64,000 bases of DNA from Candidatus Saccharimonadota bacterium (GTDB lineage: Bacteria > Patescibacteriota > Saccharimonadia > Saccharimonadales > UBA10212), in the NCBI GenBank assembly GCA_022841445.1, contig JALHRM010000001.1, positions 323,777 to 387,776 on the forward strand, written 5' to 3'. Below the pieces are notes generated by a model. It had not been told where the DNA came from. It saw only the letters and a list, made by a program, of their open reading frames with translations, and made no database searches. Of this stretch, positions 1-9,447 are shown one piece after another. The translations under genes were made by a program, and so were the position numbers. Numbering within the stretch: the stretch's first letter is position 1; each line of letters opens with the position of its first letter.

Positions 1-160
1 TTTGTATGAGTTATGCCAAGAATTTAATCGTTTTTATGAACAATCACGCATCATTGGTGATGAGCGCGAAGAACCACGCCTCGCGATGCTTGCTGCCTAC
101 AAACACGTGCTGAACAACGGCCTGCTACTTTTAGGTATTCCTATCGTAGAACAGATGTAG
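1..160 (+). CDS. argS: arginine--tRNA ligase, C-terminal fragment (5' part outside window)
   Basis: Frame 2 is open from the window edge to TAG 158-160: ...FNRFYEQSRIIGDEREEPRLAMLAAYKHVLNNGLLLLGIPIVEQM*. This matches the conserved ArgS C-terminus, which ends in ...LLGI..PE.M. Confidence 0.6.
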   Translation, partial: LYELCQEFNRFYEQSRIIGDEREEPRLAMLAAYKHVLNNGLLLLGIPIVEQM

Positions 161-253
161 TTTGCAACTTATGTGCTCGGTGGAGTAAGCTCTATTGTAG
201 GCACCGTAATTATCCGGTTATTTAATTTGTTCACTAATAACGGACGCCTAACT

Positions 254-934
254 ATGAGAAGCAGACCATTAATTTTTGTAGGACTTATAACTGCCATCGT
301 TGTTGTGGCAGGTTTGTTAGGTACAGTTATTTTCAGGCAAAGCCAGAATGCTGCCCCAAAAGTGGCCGAGCAAAACCGTCAGTACCAGCAACAAAAGAAA
401 GATCAAGCACAGCAACAAGATTCCGAAGATGTTGCTGATTATCAATCAAAGGATGTTGCTCCACTTGCCGAAGATTCTGTGGTAGTTGGCAGTGACCAAA
501 CCAATACTCCACCGCAAGACAGCGTGCAGGTATTCTTTTCAAAAAATCCTGAATCAAATCGTGATAGTAGTGCGGTTTTCCCTGTTGCAAGAGTGACGAA
601 TGGCAAAACTCCAGGTAATGTTGCAGTCAGTGAATTAATTGTTGGCCCGACAGCCTCAGAAAAAGCCGAAGGCTACGTTGGAGGATTCCAGTTGGCCGGG
701 GACAGTAACTGCGACGGTAAGGATTTTATTCTAAAGCAGGATTCCGATGCGAATGTGACGGTGCAATTTTGCCGCAAGATTACAGTCGCTGGCAAGCTCG
801 CTCAGCAGCAGTATCGGTCTCAAATTATAACGACACTTTCCACGCTCACCAGTGCCGAAAACATCACTCTCTACGATAAAGACGGTAACTGTTTGTTCGC
901 GCTTGATGGTACGCCAAACTGCGCGCAATTGTAA
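254..934 (+). CDS. membrane-anchored GerMN-domain protein
   Basis: ORF 173..934. The in-frame ATG at 254 precedes a TM helix (LIFVGLITAIVVVAGLL) and a Q-rich linker. Then VQVFFSK...AVFPVARV...SELIVGPTASEKAEGYVGGF follows, typical of GerMN domains. Confidence 0.55.
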   Translation: MRSRPLIFVGLITAIVVVAGLLGTVIFRQSQNAAPKVAEQNRQYQQQKKDQAQQQDSEDVADYQSKDVAPLAEDSVVVGSDQTNTPPQDSVQVFFSKNPESNRDSSAVFPVARVTNGKTPGNVAVSELIVGPTASEKAEGYVGGFQLAGDSNCDGKDFILKQDSDANVTVQFCRKITVAGKLAQQQYRSQIITTLSTLTSAENITLYDKDGNCLFALDGTPNCAQL

Positions 935-980
935 CGATATTTAAGTTATAATTGACTCAGTAATTAAGGAGGTTCGCGTC

Positions 981-1319
981 GTGAACAAGCAACTGAGCAA
1001 TTTTATGGGCTTTGTGCGGAATCATGGGGTGGTCGGTTTAGCAGTCGGTTTAGCAATTGGTACGCAGGTTGGCAAGGTTGTAGATGACATAGTAAAAGGT
1101 CTTATCGACCCAGTGGTTGGATTTATCATTGGCAGCCAAGATGGTCTGAGGGAGGCTTCGTTTACTGTTACGGCGGGTGATCGGGCTATGACAATTGGCT
1201 GGGGGCTTGTACTGTCATCGCTCATTACACTGCTTGCCGTTGCGGCAGTTATTTACTATGTCGTGATGGGGCTCAAGCTTGATAAGTTAGATAAAAAAGA
1301 CGACAAAAAGGACAAGTAA
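981..1319 (+). CDS. mscL: large-conductance mechanosensitive channel
   Basis: RBS AAGGAGG then GTG 981. N-terminus FMGFVRNHGVVGLAVGLAIGTQVGKVVDDIVKGLIDPVVG plus a second TM and a KLDK-rich tail match the MscL architecture. Confidence 0.8.
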   Translation: MNKQLSNFMGFVRNHGVVGLAVGLAIGTQVGKVVDDIVKGLIDPVVGFIIGSQDGLREASFTVTAGDRAMTIGWGLVLSSLITLLAVAAVIYYVVMGLKLDKLDKKDDKKDK

Positions 1320-1322
1320 TCC

Positions 1323-1625
1323 GTGGCGGATAACGATAAACAACTATGGTTTAAGGCTCGTCGCTATGGCTGGGGGTGGACTCCAATAACATGGCAGGGG
1401 TGGCTCAGCATGACCATGTATCTGGTAACGATTATATTTCTCGGCTTTGTTTTAGTTGTGTTGCCGCGTGGCAGTGATGTTGCTACCGAACAGCTTATAC
1501 TTTTTCTGCTGTTTACACTTTCAGCTTCCATGTTTTTACTGGGAATTTGCATGAACAAGGGCGAAAAGCCAGGTTGGCAGTGGGGTGATAAACCAAAGAA
1601 AGCCGACAAAGTTGAAGCTGACTGA
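1323..1625 (+). CDS. small integral membrane protein (2-3 TM), unknown function
   Basis: 100-aa ORF with Trp-rich N-terminus ([19 protein letters not shown]) and hydrophobic helices; no recognised family. Confidence 0.45.
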   Translation: MADNDKQLWFKARRYGWGWTPITWQGWLSMTMYLVTIIFLGFVLVVLPRGSDVATEQLILFLLFTLSASMFLLGICMNKGEKPGWQWGDKPKKADKVEAD

Positions 1626-2007
1626 TAAAGAGTGGAAAAAGCGTTTAACACCCGAACAGTATAAGATTCTGCGCGAAAAGGGCACAGAAGCACCGTTTAC
1701 GGGTGAATTTCTTCATAATGAAAAAAGTGGTGCGTATGTGTGTGCGGCCTGTGGAGCAACTCTGTTTCATAGCGATACGAAATTTGATTCGGGGTCTGGC
1801 TGGCCAAGTTTTTACGACGTATTTAGTAGTGATGCAATACGTCTCATCGAAGATAAAAGCTTGGGAATGCAACGTGTCGAAGTAGAATGCGCGACGTGCG
1901 GTGGGCACCTCGGGCACGTTTTTAATGACGCACCAGACCAGCCAACTGGTATGAGGTTTTGTATCAATTCGGCAAGCCTAGGGTTTTTGGATAAAAGCAA
2001 AGAGTAA
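1585..2007 (+). CDS. msrB: peptide-methionine (R)-S-oxide reductase
   Basis: Two CxxC Zn motifs (CAACG, CATCGG), GHLGHVF and the catalytic RFCINS motif. The start is uncertain because the ORF overlaps the upstream gene by about 40 nt. Confidence 0.85.
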   Translation: MINQRKPTKLKLTDKEWKKRLTPEQYKILREKGTEAPFTGEFLHNEKSGAYVCAACGATLFHSDTKFDSGSGWPSFYDVFSSDAIRLIEDKSLGMQRVEVECATCGGHLGHVFNDAPDQPTGMRFCINSASLGFLDKSKE

Positions 2008-2022
2008 CAAGGCAGTGTTTAA

Positions 2023-2595
2023 GTGCGATTCACTGCTACAATGTTAGGTATGATGAAGCCAAAAGAAAAACCGACAAAACTGCTTTGGGTTGATCTGGAA
2101 ATGACCGGCTTAGATGCCCAGGTTAACCGGATTACAGAAGTTGCCGCCATTGTTACGGATCTTGAACTCCATGAAACTGCCACCTATGAATCGATGGTTC
2201 GGCACGATGAAGATTCAATTCGTGCTCAGTTTGACGCCGACCCTTTTTGGAGCAAACGCGCTGCCCAGGCCGATAAAATTATTCAGGATATGCGCGGCGG
2301 TAAAAGTGAGCATGACATTGAACAAGATTTGATAACTTTTATCGAAAAGTACTTCTTACCTTCAGAGTCAGTGTACTTGGCAGGTAATAGCATCTGGAAC
2401 GACCGGCGTTTTATCGATCGCTGGTGGCCAATGCTGGCCGAGCGCTTGCACTATCGCATGCTGGATGTAACATCATTCAAGTTATGGCATGTTGGACATG
2501 GCGGCAAAGAGTTCGCCAAGTCCGAACAACACCGCGCCCTATCTGATATTCGCGAATCAATTGCCGAACTGCGGTATTATAGTTCTGATAATTAA
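2023..2595 (+). CDS. orn: oligoribonuclease (DEDDh 3'-5' exonuclease)
   Basis: LLWVDLEMTGLD...ITEVAAIVTD, GNSIWNDRRFI and HRALSDIRESIAELRYY. The true start may be ATG 2041-2053. Confidence 0.85.
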   Translation: MRFTATMLGMMKPKEKPTKLLWVDLEMTGLDAQVNRITEVAAIVTDLELHETATYESMVRHDEDSIRAQFDADPFWSKRAAQADKIIQDMRGGKSEHDIEQDLITFIEKYFLPSESVYLAGNSIWNDRRFIDRWWPMLAERLHYRMLDVTSFKLWHVGHGGKEFAKSEQHRALSDIRESIAELRYYSSDN

Positions 2596-2610
2596 AATGA
2601 GGTGCTGTGA

Positions 2611-2862
2611 ATGAAGCTCGTCAAAAAACTTTTAAAAGACAAAGCAGTTAGCAACGTAACGGTCGCAGTAATACTCGGTTTTAGCATCACCGGTTTTTTG
2701 GGATCAATTGGGTATTCAATTGTACCGTTATTCCAAAGTGGTGATGGCTTTGGTGGGCCTTCAGTTTCTTATAACTGGCAAATAATTGGCACACAACTTG
2801 CTGCGCTCGTACTTGGTATTTTGGCAGCACTTGCCCTGTATTGGTACGCCAACAAAAAGTAG
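2611..2862 (+). CDS. small membrane protein, unknown function
   Basis: 83-aa ORF with two hydrophobic helices and a plausible RBS (GAGGTG) upstream. Confidence 0.4.
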   Translation: MKLVKKLLKDKAVSNVTVAVILGFSITGFLGSIGYSIVPLFQSGDGFGGPSVSYNWQIIGTQLAALVLGILAALALYWYANKK

Positions 2863-2864
2863 CG

Positions 2865-3197
2865 ATGGATCATAAAACAGCAGAAGAGTATTTACTCAGC
2901 ATGCCAAATGCTTTCTTGGATTATCCGTTTGGGGAAGATGTAGCAGTTTACAAAGTAAAGGTTGGTCAAGATGACAAAATGTTTGCACTGGTTCCCGAAA
3001 AATCCAACCCGGTCAGTATAAGTTTAAAGTGTGACCCAGTACTCGCCGAAACGCTACGCGAAAGATACGATACCGTGATGCCGGGGTATCACTTGAACAA
3101 AAAACACTGGAACACAATCGTACTGACCGGCCAGCTGGAATGGGAAGAGGTGCAGGACTTAATTCGACATAGCTACGGCCTGGTAACAGGCGAATAA
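2865..3197 (+). CDS. MmcQ/YjbR-family protein
   Basis: YPFGEDVAVYKV...MFALV...ISLKCDP...PGYHLNKKHWNTIVL. ATG 2865 is preferred over the track start 2841, which overlaps the upstream gene. Confidence 0.7.
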   Translation: MDHKTAEEYLLSMPNAFLDYPFGEDVAVYKVKVGQDDKMFALVPEKSNPVSISLKCDPVLAETLRERYDTVMPGYHLNKKHWNTIVLTGQLEWEEVQDLIRHSYGLVTGE

Positions 3198-3208
3198 GTT
3201 AAACTTTA

Positions 3209-3904
3209 TTACTGACCGGCAGCTGTAATTAACTGTGTGGAAAGTACCGCCTGTGCGTTGTCGAATGCTGTTTGCAATAACTGCTTGGTCTGCGCTGATT
3301 CGGTGGTGTCGTATACGGATTTTAGGCTTACTTGATAGGCTTTTAGGTGTTTAGCGAGCACTGCGGCGTACTCATCTTCCAGCCTGCCATTTTGCTCTGC
3401 ACTGGCCAGCAGCGCGTCGGTTTGCTTATCAAGTCTTGCAGATAGTTCGGGTGTTTTTGGTTTTACTCCAAAACTAGCGAGGTAAGTCAGTATTTGTGTC
3501 TGGTCTGATCGGATAGTGGCTTTGGCGACTGCGTTTATAGCCAAAATATTGCTATCCCTGAGTTTTGTACCGTTGGTCGTGGAAATGCGCGTGATTTCTT
3601 GCTGTCTGGCGGCAATATCAACTAGCTCCACCGTAACGCTTGGTTTGTTACCAAAAAGCAGATTGTACCCTACCAACAACAAAACGATAACGATCAGCCC
3701 TAGGCCGATGAGAGCAATCAAGCCGCTTTTGCCGCCGCCCAAATTGAAAGAAAAAGCAGATTTTTTTTGCGGTGACCCCATGATGAAGTCGTATTCACCA
3801 CTCTGACCGAGTGGCTGGTTTGGCGGAGGTGGCTGGTAGCCAGGTAAATTATTCGGTTGTGGGTTGGGTGTTTGACCTGGAGGCGGGTAGTTTTGTGGAG
3901 GCAT
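3209..3904 (-). CDS. proline-rich single-pass membrane protein
   Basis: From ATG 3904: MPPQNYPPPGQTPNPQPNNLPGYQPPPPNQ, then TM GLIALIGLGLIVIVLLLVGY, then a helical ectodomain of about 140 aa. No family recognised. Confidence 0.5.
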   Translation of the reverse strand: MPPQNYPPPGQTPNPQPNNLPGYQPPPPNQPLGQSGEYDFIMGSPQKKSAFSFNLGGGKSGLIALIGLGLIVIVLLLVGYNLLFGNKPSVTVELVDIAARQQEITRISTTNGTKLRDSNILAINAVAKATIRSDQTQILTYLASFGVKPKTPELSARLDKQTDALLASAEQNGRLEDEYAAVLAKHLKAYQVSLKSVYDTTESAQTKQLLQTAFDNAQAVLSTQLITAAGQ

Positions 3905-3962
3905 AGCTCTTATGATAAAACTTTTAGCGATTTGCTTCCAGGTAGATTTGTGGAACGAGTAT

Positions 3963-4496
3963 TTAGTCAAACATTGCGCGGGCAAAGCCCACTGGTGGTT
4001 TTACATTAGGTGTTGCAGCTAGATCTGGCACTTCTCGTTCAATTGTCATTGCCATGTCTCGTGCCATACCTCCTTCCAAAAGTCTGGTGGCAGCAGCGTT
4101 CATATTTCGAGTTCTTGTATCAGCTACTTCACGCTCGGTTGTGTCGTGATAATGCATTAGGGCTGAGTGTAATACAAGCAATTCGCGGAATCGAAGGTCG
4201 GTACTAGTGACAGTGATAGCGGGAAATTCTTTTTTCGCAGCGTCGCTTAATTCGGCCTCAGTACGATGAGCGGTTACTCGAATCTTTCCATATGTTGATA
4301 AAGCGCCACTAACAAGGTGTTCACCATATATCTGGCCAGGAGCTAGTGACTCCCCGGTTCTTTCGTTGTGATCAACAATATATTGGGCTAGGGCATTCAT
4401 AGCCACTCCAACTTCTTGATACTGGAAAGGCGTTCCTTCAAAATCAACGGTTAATGCTTTCTCAGGACTAGCGCCTTCAGGCACTTTAAACTTCAT
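3963..4496 (-). CDS. hypothetical cytosolic protein (orphan)
   Basis: ATG 4496 (MKFKVPEGASPEK...) follows an AT-rich promoter region. No TM, signal peptide or recognisable motif. Confidence 0.45.
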   Translation of the reverse strand: MKFKVPEGASPEKALTVDFEGTPFQYQEVGVAMNALAQYIVDHNERTGESLAPGQIYGEHLVSGALSTYGKIRVTAHRTEAELSDAAKKEFPAITVTSTDLRFRELLVLHSALMHYHDTTEREVADTRTRNMNAAATRLLEGGMARDMAMTIEREVPDLAATPNVKPPVGFARAMFD

Positions 4497-4534
4497 CTTA
4501 AGAATAACTATAACATTTAATAGGTTATTTAACA

Positions 4535-4549
4535 ATAACATAACATAAC
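4535..4549. repeat. ATAAC pentamer x3 tandem repeat
   Basis: ATAACATAACATAAC read directly. It is part of a dense set of ATAAC/GTTAT copies in the divergent intergenic region 4497-4624. Confidence 0.9.
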
Positions 4550-4594
4550 TAGTACTGTTATCAATATTCAAGATAGTTTGACCCGGTTCTTGCC

Positions 4595-4620
4595 CCTATA
4601 ACCTATAACCTATAACCTAA
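4595..4620. repeat. CCTATAA heptamer tandem repeat (about 3.6 copies)
   Basis: CCTATAA at 4595, 4602 and 4609, plus a partial CCTAA ending 4 nt before the dnaG ATG. Confidence 0.9.
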
Positions 4621-4624
4621 GTGT

Positions 4625-6376
4625 ATGGATGCGGTGAGTGAGGTTAAGGAGCGATTAAATATCGAGGACGTTATCGGCGAATACGTCCAACTTAAACGTG
4701 CTGGCCGCAACTTCAAGGGTATGAGCCCATTCAGTAATGAAAAGACCGCCAGCTTTATGGTTAGTCCAGAAAAGCAGATCTGGCACGATTTTAGCTCGGG
4801 TAAAGGTGGTAATGTATTCAGTTTCATCATGGAAGTCGAGGGCCTGGAATTCAAGGCGGCCTTGGAGTTATTGGCTCGCAAGGCGGGTGTCGATCTTGAA
4901 CAGTTCCGTGGCAAAACCCAGGGTAACGGCTATAACGCCCAGCTGAAGAACCGGGTGCTGGAAGCTCTGGAACTGGCGGTACGTTTTTATCAGAAGCAGC
5001 TGACCGGCAGCAAGGAGGCGCTCACTTATTTGCTCAAAGAACGCCAATTTACCAAAAAGACCGTTTTGGATTGGCAGATAGGTTACGCGCCGAACAATGG
5101 TCGGGCACTGAGTGATTTTTTGACTAAACATGGCTTTACGACCGATGAAATGAAGCGAGCTGGTTTGGTGGTTGAGCGTCGTCATGGGCTTGGTGATATG
5201 TTCCGCGGCCGGATCATGATTCCGTTAGCCGACCAGCAGGGTGCTGTCGTCGGATTCACAGCCCGGATACTCATCGACGAGCCAGATGCGCCCAAGTATA
5301 TCAATACGCCTCAAACTATTGTTTATGATAAAGGCCGACAGGTTTTTGGGCTTCATATGGCCAAGGAGCGTATCCGTAAAGACGGCTTTGCCGTAGTTGT
5401 CGAAGGTAACATGGATGTCATTGCCAGTCATCAGGCCGAAGTCATGAACGTCGTAGCAACGGCCGGTACGGCCATGACCGAATCACACCTAAAAACGCTA
5501 AAGCGCTTCACTGGCGACATTCGTCTCAGCTTCGATAGTGACCAGGCGGGGCTAAACGCTACAGAGCGAGTCATCCCGATGGCACAAAAGGCGGAAGTGC
5601 AGCTCAGTATCATTCAGCTTAGTGACGCTAAAGACCCTGATGAGCTTATTCGGCGTGAACCACAGGCCTGGGCTAAAGCGGTTAATGACCGGAAGTACGC
5701 CATGGATTGGTTGATTGAGCGGTACGTGGCTATTTATGATCTAAAGTCCGCTAGCGGCAAGCGCGAATTTACGGACGTCATCTTGGCAACGGTGCGCCGT
5801 TTGAGTGATTCAGTCGAACAGGAGCACTACCTAAAGAAAGTTGCCGAGATAACTGATACCAGCATAGAAGCGGTTGTCATGAAGCTTGCTAAAAAACCAG
5901 CATTATCTGATACACCACGAATGAGGACAGTTAAACCACAGCCAGCAGCTGCGACCAAGACCGAACAGGAACAACAGATTGCTCAAGATCACTTTTTGTC
6001 TATCGCACTTGCCAAAAAATCAATGAGACAGTTACTGCCGTCAATGGACTTACTGTGGTTTCGTGACGGCCCGTCCCGCGAACTTGCACAATTTTTGCAA
6101 AAGAACCCGGCTTTTAACGGTAGTGGCACTGCCTCGGAGAAGTTGCAATCAATCGCTGACTATGTCAAAATAGTAGGCCTACAGTATGAGGAGCTTTATG
6201 CGTCCATTGATGACGATCAGCTCCGCGAGATTCACGCTCGTCTGAAAAAACGAATAATAGAAATTTACGTCAAAAAACAAAGAAAGTTGCTTGCAGTCGC
6301 TATGCAGCAGTCTGTCAATGATAATGACAATCAAAAATTAGTAGAAAAAGTTCAGCGTCTTAACCAGCTCAAGTAG
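4625..6376 (+). CDS. dnaG: DNA primase
   Basis: N-terminal primase ZBD-like region ([35 protein letters not shown]), RNA polymerase core and TOPRIM motifs ([19 protein letters not shown]). Confidence 0.9.
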   Translation: MDAVSEVKERLNIEDVIGEYVQLKRAGRNFKGMSPFSNEKTASFMVSPEKQIWHDFSSGKGGNVFSFIMEVEGLEFKAALELLARKAGVDLEQFRGKTQGNGYNAQLKNRVLEALELAVRFYQKQLTGSKEALTYLLKERQFTKKTVLDWQIGYAPNNGRALSDFLTKHGFTTDEMKRAGLVVERRHGLGDMFRGRIMIPLADQQGAVVGFTARILIDEPDAPKYINTPQTIVYDKGRQVFGLHMAKERIRKDGFAVVVEGNMDVIASHQAEVMNVVATAGTAMTESHLKTLKRFTGDIRLSFDSDQAGLNATERVIPMAQKAEVQLSIIQLSDAKDPDELIRREPQAWAKAVNDRKYAMDWLIERYVAIYDLKSASGKREFTDVILATVRRLSDSVEQEHYLKKVAEITDTSIEAVVMKLAKKPALSDTPRMRTVKPQPAAATKTEQEQQIAQDHFLSIALAKKSMRQLLPSMDLLWFRDGPSRELAQFLQKNPAFNGSGTASEKLQSIADYVKIVGLQYEELYASIDDDQLREIHARLKKRIIEIYVKKQRKLLAVAMQQSVNDNDNQKLVEKVQRLNQLK

Positions 6377-6402
6377 TAATCAGATTGATTGAAGGAGGCA
6401 CT

Positions 6403-7635
6403 ATGCCCAAAGCCAAAATTGAAAAGCCAGCAAAAGAACTAGCACAACCCAAAGCCACAAAGGCTACGAAGAAGGAAGAAAAACCGGTAAAGGAAGCCAA
6501 GGCGGGGAAGCTAAAAAAAGCCGAAAAGGTCGCACAGACGCCAGTAGCGGATTTTGACAAAGTCATCGATGAACTGATAGAAAAAGGTAAAAAAGACGGC
6601 AAGATAGATCAACGCGACGTCTTTGAGAAGATTCCGGATACCCCAGCTAATATAGATGCACTGGACAAACTGTACTCAGCTTTGTCGGAAGCCAGTATTG
6701 AACTTGTTGGTGCAACTGAGCCAAGTCCGGCAGACTTTTCCGACGAATGGGTTGCAGATGATGAAGAAGAGGTTGTCGTTCCTGAAGGAACTTACTTCGA
6801 CGACATATCTGATGACTCAGTACGTTTGTATCTGCGAGAAATAGGCAAGATTCCACTACTGAAAGCTGACGAAGAGTTGGCCTTGGCCAAAAGAGTGGTC
6901 GCTGGAGACAAGCGTGCCAAAGACAAGATGGCTGAAGCTAACATGCGTTTGGTGGTTAGTATCGCTAAACGCTACAGCGGTCGAGGACTGGACTTCCTTG
7001 ATCTTATTCAGGAAGGTAATACCGGTCTACTGCGTGCCGTCGAAAAGTTTGATCCCGACAAAGGCTTCAAGTTTAGTACGTACGCAACATGGTGGATTCG
7101 CCAGGCGATTACGCGAGCGATTGCCGACCAGGCTCGAACTATTCGTATCCCGGTACATATGGTTGAAACTATCAATAAACTACTTCGTACCCAGCGGCGT
7201 CTAACGCAAGAACTCAACCGCGAACCAACCAATGAAGAAATCGGTGCAGCCATGGAAATGACTGTCGATAAAGTTGAACACATCATGAAGATTAAGCAAG
7301 ACATCAGCTCACTCGATGCCAGTGTTCGAGATGACGAAGAAGATTCGGTCCTTGGTGATTTTATCGAGGACGAAGATACTGTCAGCCCAGAAGAATCAGC
7401 TACTGGTCAGCTGCTCAAAGAACAAATTAAGCAGATTCTAGGTACATTAACCGAGCGAGAACAAAAGATACTCAAGCTGCGTTTCGGTCTAGAAGACGGC
7501 AAGAGTCACACTCTGGAAGAAGTAGGCCAGGAATTCAGCGTTACCCGCGAGCGTATTCGTCAGATTGAGGCCAAAGCACTCGCCAAGCTGCGCAAGCACA
7601 AAGACGCCCGCAAGCTCCACGACTACATTCAGTAA
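6403..7635 (+). CDS. rpoD: primary-type RNA polymerase sigma-70 factor
   Basis: RBS GAAGGAGG then ATG 6403. Regions 1.2-4 are present: [71 protein letters not shown]. Confidence 0.9.
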   Translation: MPKAKIEKPAKELAQPKATKATKKEEKPVKEAKAGKLKKAEKVAQTPVADFDKVIDELIEKGKKDGKIDQRDVFEKIPDTPANIDALDKLYSALSEASIELVGATEPSPADFSDEWVADDEEEVVVPEGTYFDDISDDSVRLYLREIGKIPLLKADEELALAKRVVAGDKRAKDKMAEANMRLVVSIAKRYSGRGLDFLDLIQEGNTGLLRAVEKFDPDKGFKFSTYATWWIRQAITRAIADQARTIRIPVHMVETINKLLRTQRRLTQELNREPTNEEIGAAMEMTVDKVEHIMKIKQDISSLDASVRDDEEDSVLGDFIEDEDTVSPEESATGQLLKEQIKQILGTLTEREQKILKLRFGLEDGKSHTLEEVGQEFSVTRERIRQIEAKALAKLRKHKDARKLHDYIQ

Positions 7636-7677
7636 CCCTTGTGTTTAGCGGAGTTTCATAATCTATACTATTTAGCT

Positions 7678-8700
7678 ATGACATTCGAAGCAGAGGGGCT
7701 GCCACCACCAAGTACGCAGCGTGCAATCCGGCACCATCACGGCGCTCACGGCGCCGCTCTTAGGGCTATGCTTAGCACTGACCTACCTATTGAACAAGTC
7801 GCAGTTAATACGGGTAGTCTTGAGGAGGTAGCAGGATTCGACGAAGTTGCACCAGTCAGAATGGAAGAACTGCGTCCAGATCCAAACATGGACCCACTTA
7901 GCCTGTTCCTGCGACGTATCGGTCGAATTCCATTATTGACTGCCCGTCAGGAGGTGGATCTCGCGAAAAGGATTGAGCAAGGTGACTTAACTGCCAAAGA
8001 ACAACTTACCGAGGCGAATTTACGCCTGGTAGTCAGTATTGCAAAAAGGTACCGTGGGAGAGGACTGCCATTTCTGGATCTTATTCAAGACGGTTCGCTG
8101 GGTCTTATACGTGCCACCGAAAAATTTGACTACAGAAGAGGCTATAAGTTCAGCACCTATTCCACTTGGTGGATTCGCCAAGCGATTACGCGAGCGATTG
8201 CCGACCAGGCTCGAACTATTCGTGTTCCTGTGCATGTGACAGAATTCCTGAACAGCATTAGACAGGTTGAAAGGGCATTTGTTGAAGATAATGGCAGGGA
8301 GCCAACTCGTAACGAAATCGCTGCAGAACTTGGCTGTGAAGTATCAAAACTCAATGATTTATTGCGGGATACAACCCAGCCAGTATCGCTCCATTTACCC
8401 GTGGGTGAGGATGGGGATGAAGATCTAGCTGCATTCACAGCAGACACCAGGGTAAATGTAGTGCGTGATGTCGAAAAATCATTAAGAAGCCAATCTATTG
8501 GTGAAGCCCTCGGGACTCTTAGTGAGCGAGATCGTGATATTCTTGAGCGTCGGTATGGTCTGAGGGGTTTCAAGTCTCACACACTTGCCGAACTTGGTAA
8601 AATACACAGCGTTACCCGTGAGCGAATTCGCCAAATAGAAGTCCTTGCACTACAGCAAATTGCAAACACGTATCCCGGTCTTGAGATATTTTTTGACTAA
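7678..8700 (+). CDS. second sigma-70 family factor (group 1/2-like) in tandem with rpoD
   Basis: [87 protein letters not shown]. The N-terminus is His-rich (RHHHGAHG). ATG 7678 is preferred to TTG 7639. Confidence 0.85.
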   Translation: MTFEAEGLPPPSTQRAIRHHHGAHGAALRAMLSTDLPIEQVAVNTGSLEEVAGFDEVAPVRMEELRPDPNMDPLSLFLRRIGRIPLLTARQEVDLAKRIEQGDLTAKEQLTEANLRLVVSIAKRYRGRGLPFLDLIQDGSLGLIRATEKFDYRRGYKFSTYSTWWIRQAITRAIADQARTIRVPVHVTEFLNSIRQVERAFVEDNGREPTRNEIAAELGCEVSKLNDLLRDTTQPVSLHLPVGEDGDEDLAAFTADTRVNVVRDVEKSLRSQSIGEALGTLSERDRDILERRYGLRGFKSHTLAELGKIHSVTRERIRQIEVLALQQIANTYPGLEIFFD

Positions 8701-9338
8701 GCTGATTTACCCGACATACCAAGCACTCGAACTTCAATTTCGTTTTTCAGCTCCTGTTTGGCCTGTTCAAATTTCTTTGGGTCGTCATTGTTGTTCACGA
8801 TTGTAACGTGTGCCCGGGCGATTGGCGGGGCTTTGTGCAGATTGCGAATTTCGGTATCGTCGCGGTGGGCAAGTTCATCTTCGCTGAGCGGGCGGTACTC
8901 GCGGTGGGCAGCTCGTGCGACACGAACATCCCAATCGGTTGCCATAGCGACGAGCAGTAGTTCATTTTCACCATATTTTTCTACCAAAATTTCGCGCTCT
9001 TCCTCGCTGTATAAGTTGTCGATGAGGACTACTTTACCCTCGGTGATGTGTTGTTCAATCTCTGGCAAGGCTTTCATAGCCATGACACCCATACCGTGCT
9101 CAGCTCGCCACGCTTCGCGGATGAGACGTTCTTTTTGTTGAAAAGTTAGTTTTGCTTCATCTTCTGTCCACTCGCCGGCTGCGTTGCGGCGTTCAACTTC
9201 GGGTGGGACGCCGAAGTATACGTAGTCGTTGGCAATACCTTTTTCATCTAGGATTTCCTGGGTCAACTCACGCGCAGTTGACTTTCCAGTGAAGGGCAGC
9301 CCGACAAAGGCAATGATTCTAGGTAACTTATTACTCAT
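8697..9338 (-). CDS. P-loop nucleoside/nucleotide kinase-like protein
   Basis: Walker [15 protein letters not shown] near the N-terminus and a size of about 210 aa. Its stop codon overlaps the stop of the convergent sigma gene. Confidence 0.55.
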   Translation of the reverse strand: MSNKLPRIIAFVGLPFTGKSTARELTQEILDEKGIANDYVYFGVPPEVERRNAAGEWTEDEAKLTFQQKERLIREAWRAEHGMGVMAMKALPEIEQHITEGKVVLIDNLYSEEEREILVEKYGENELLLVAMATDWDVRVARAAHREYRPLSEDELAHRDDTEIRNLHKAPPIARAHVTIVNNNDDPKKFEQAKQELKNEIEVRVLGMSGKSA

Positions 9339-9390
9339 ATTCACCACTAATCAAACCACAAGAAATGCCTACGGGAAAGAGCAGACCACT

Positions 9391-9418
9391 TTTACATTAT
9401 CAAATTATCTGTTATAGT
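9391..9418 (+). promoter_or_regulatory. sigma-70-type promoter with extended -10
   Basis: TTTACA (9391-9396), 16-nt spacer, TGt-TATAGT (9410-9418), about 30 nt upstream of ORF 9448. Confidence 0.55.
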
Positions 9419-9447
9419 ATACAAAAATAATCTACGAAAGTTAATTG

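Noticed and set aside
4595-4620. Short tandem repeats (here and at 30084-30161) considered as a CRISPR array
   Set aside because: The units are 5-7 nt contiguous microsatellite-like repeats, or an in-frame 51-nt coding duplication. There are no 25-40 nt repeats separated by unique spacers and no cas genes.
7008-8573. Two antisense ORFs (7008-7304, 8157-8573) sharing the peptide [18 protein letters not shown], which could look like a repeated gene
   Set aside because: The shared peptide is just the reverse-strand translation of the 57-nt near-identical tract in the two sigma genes. It is not an independent gene family.
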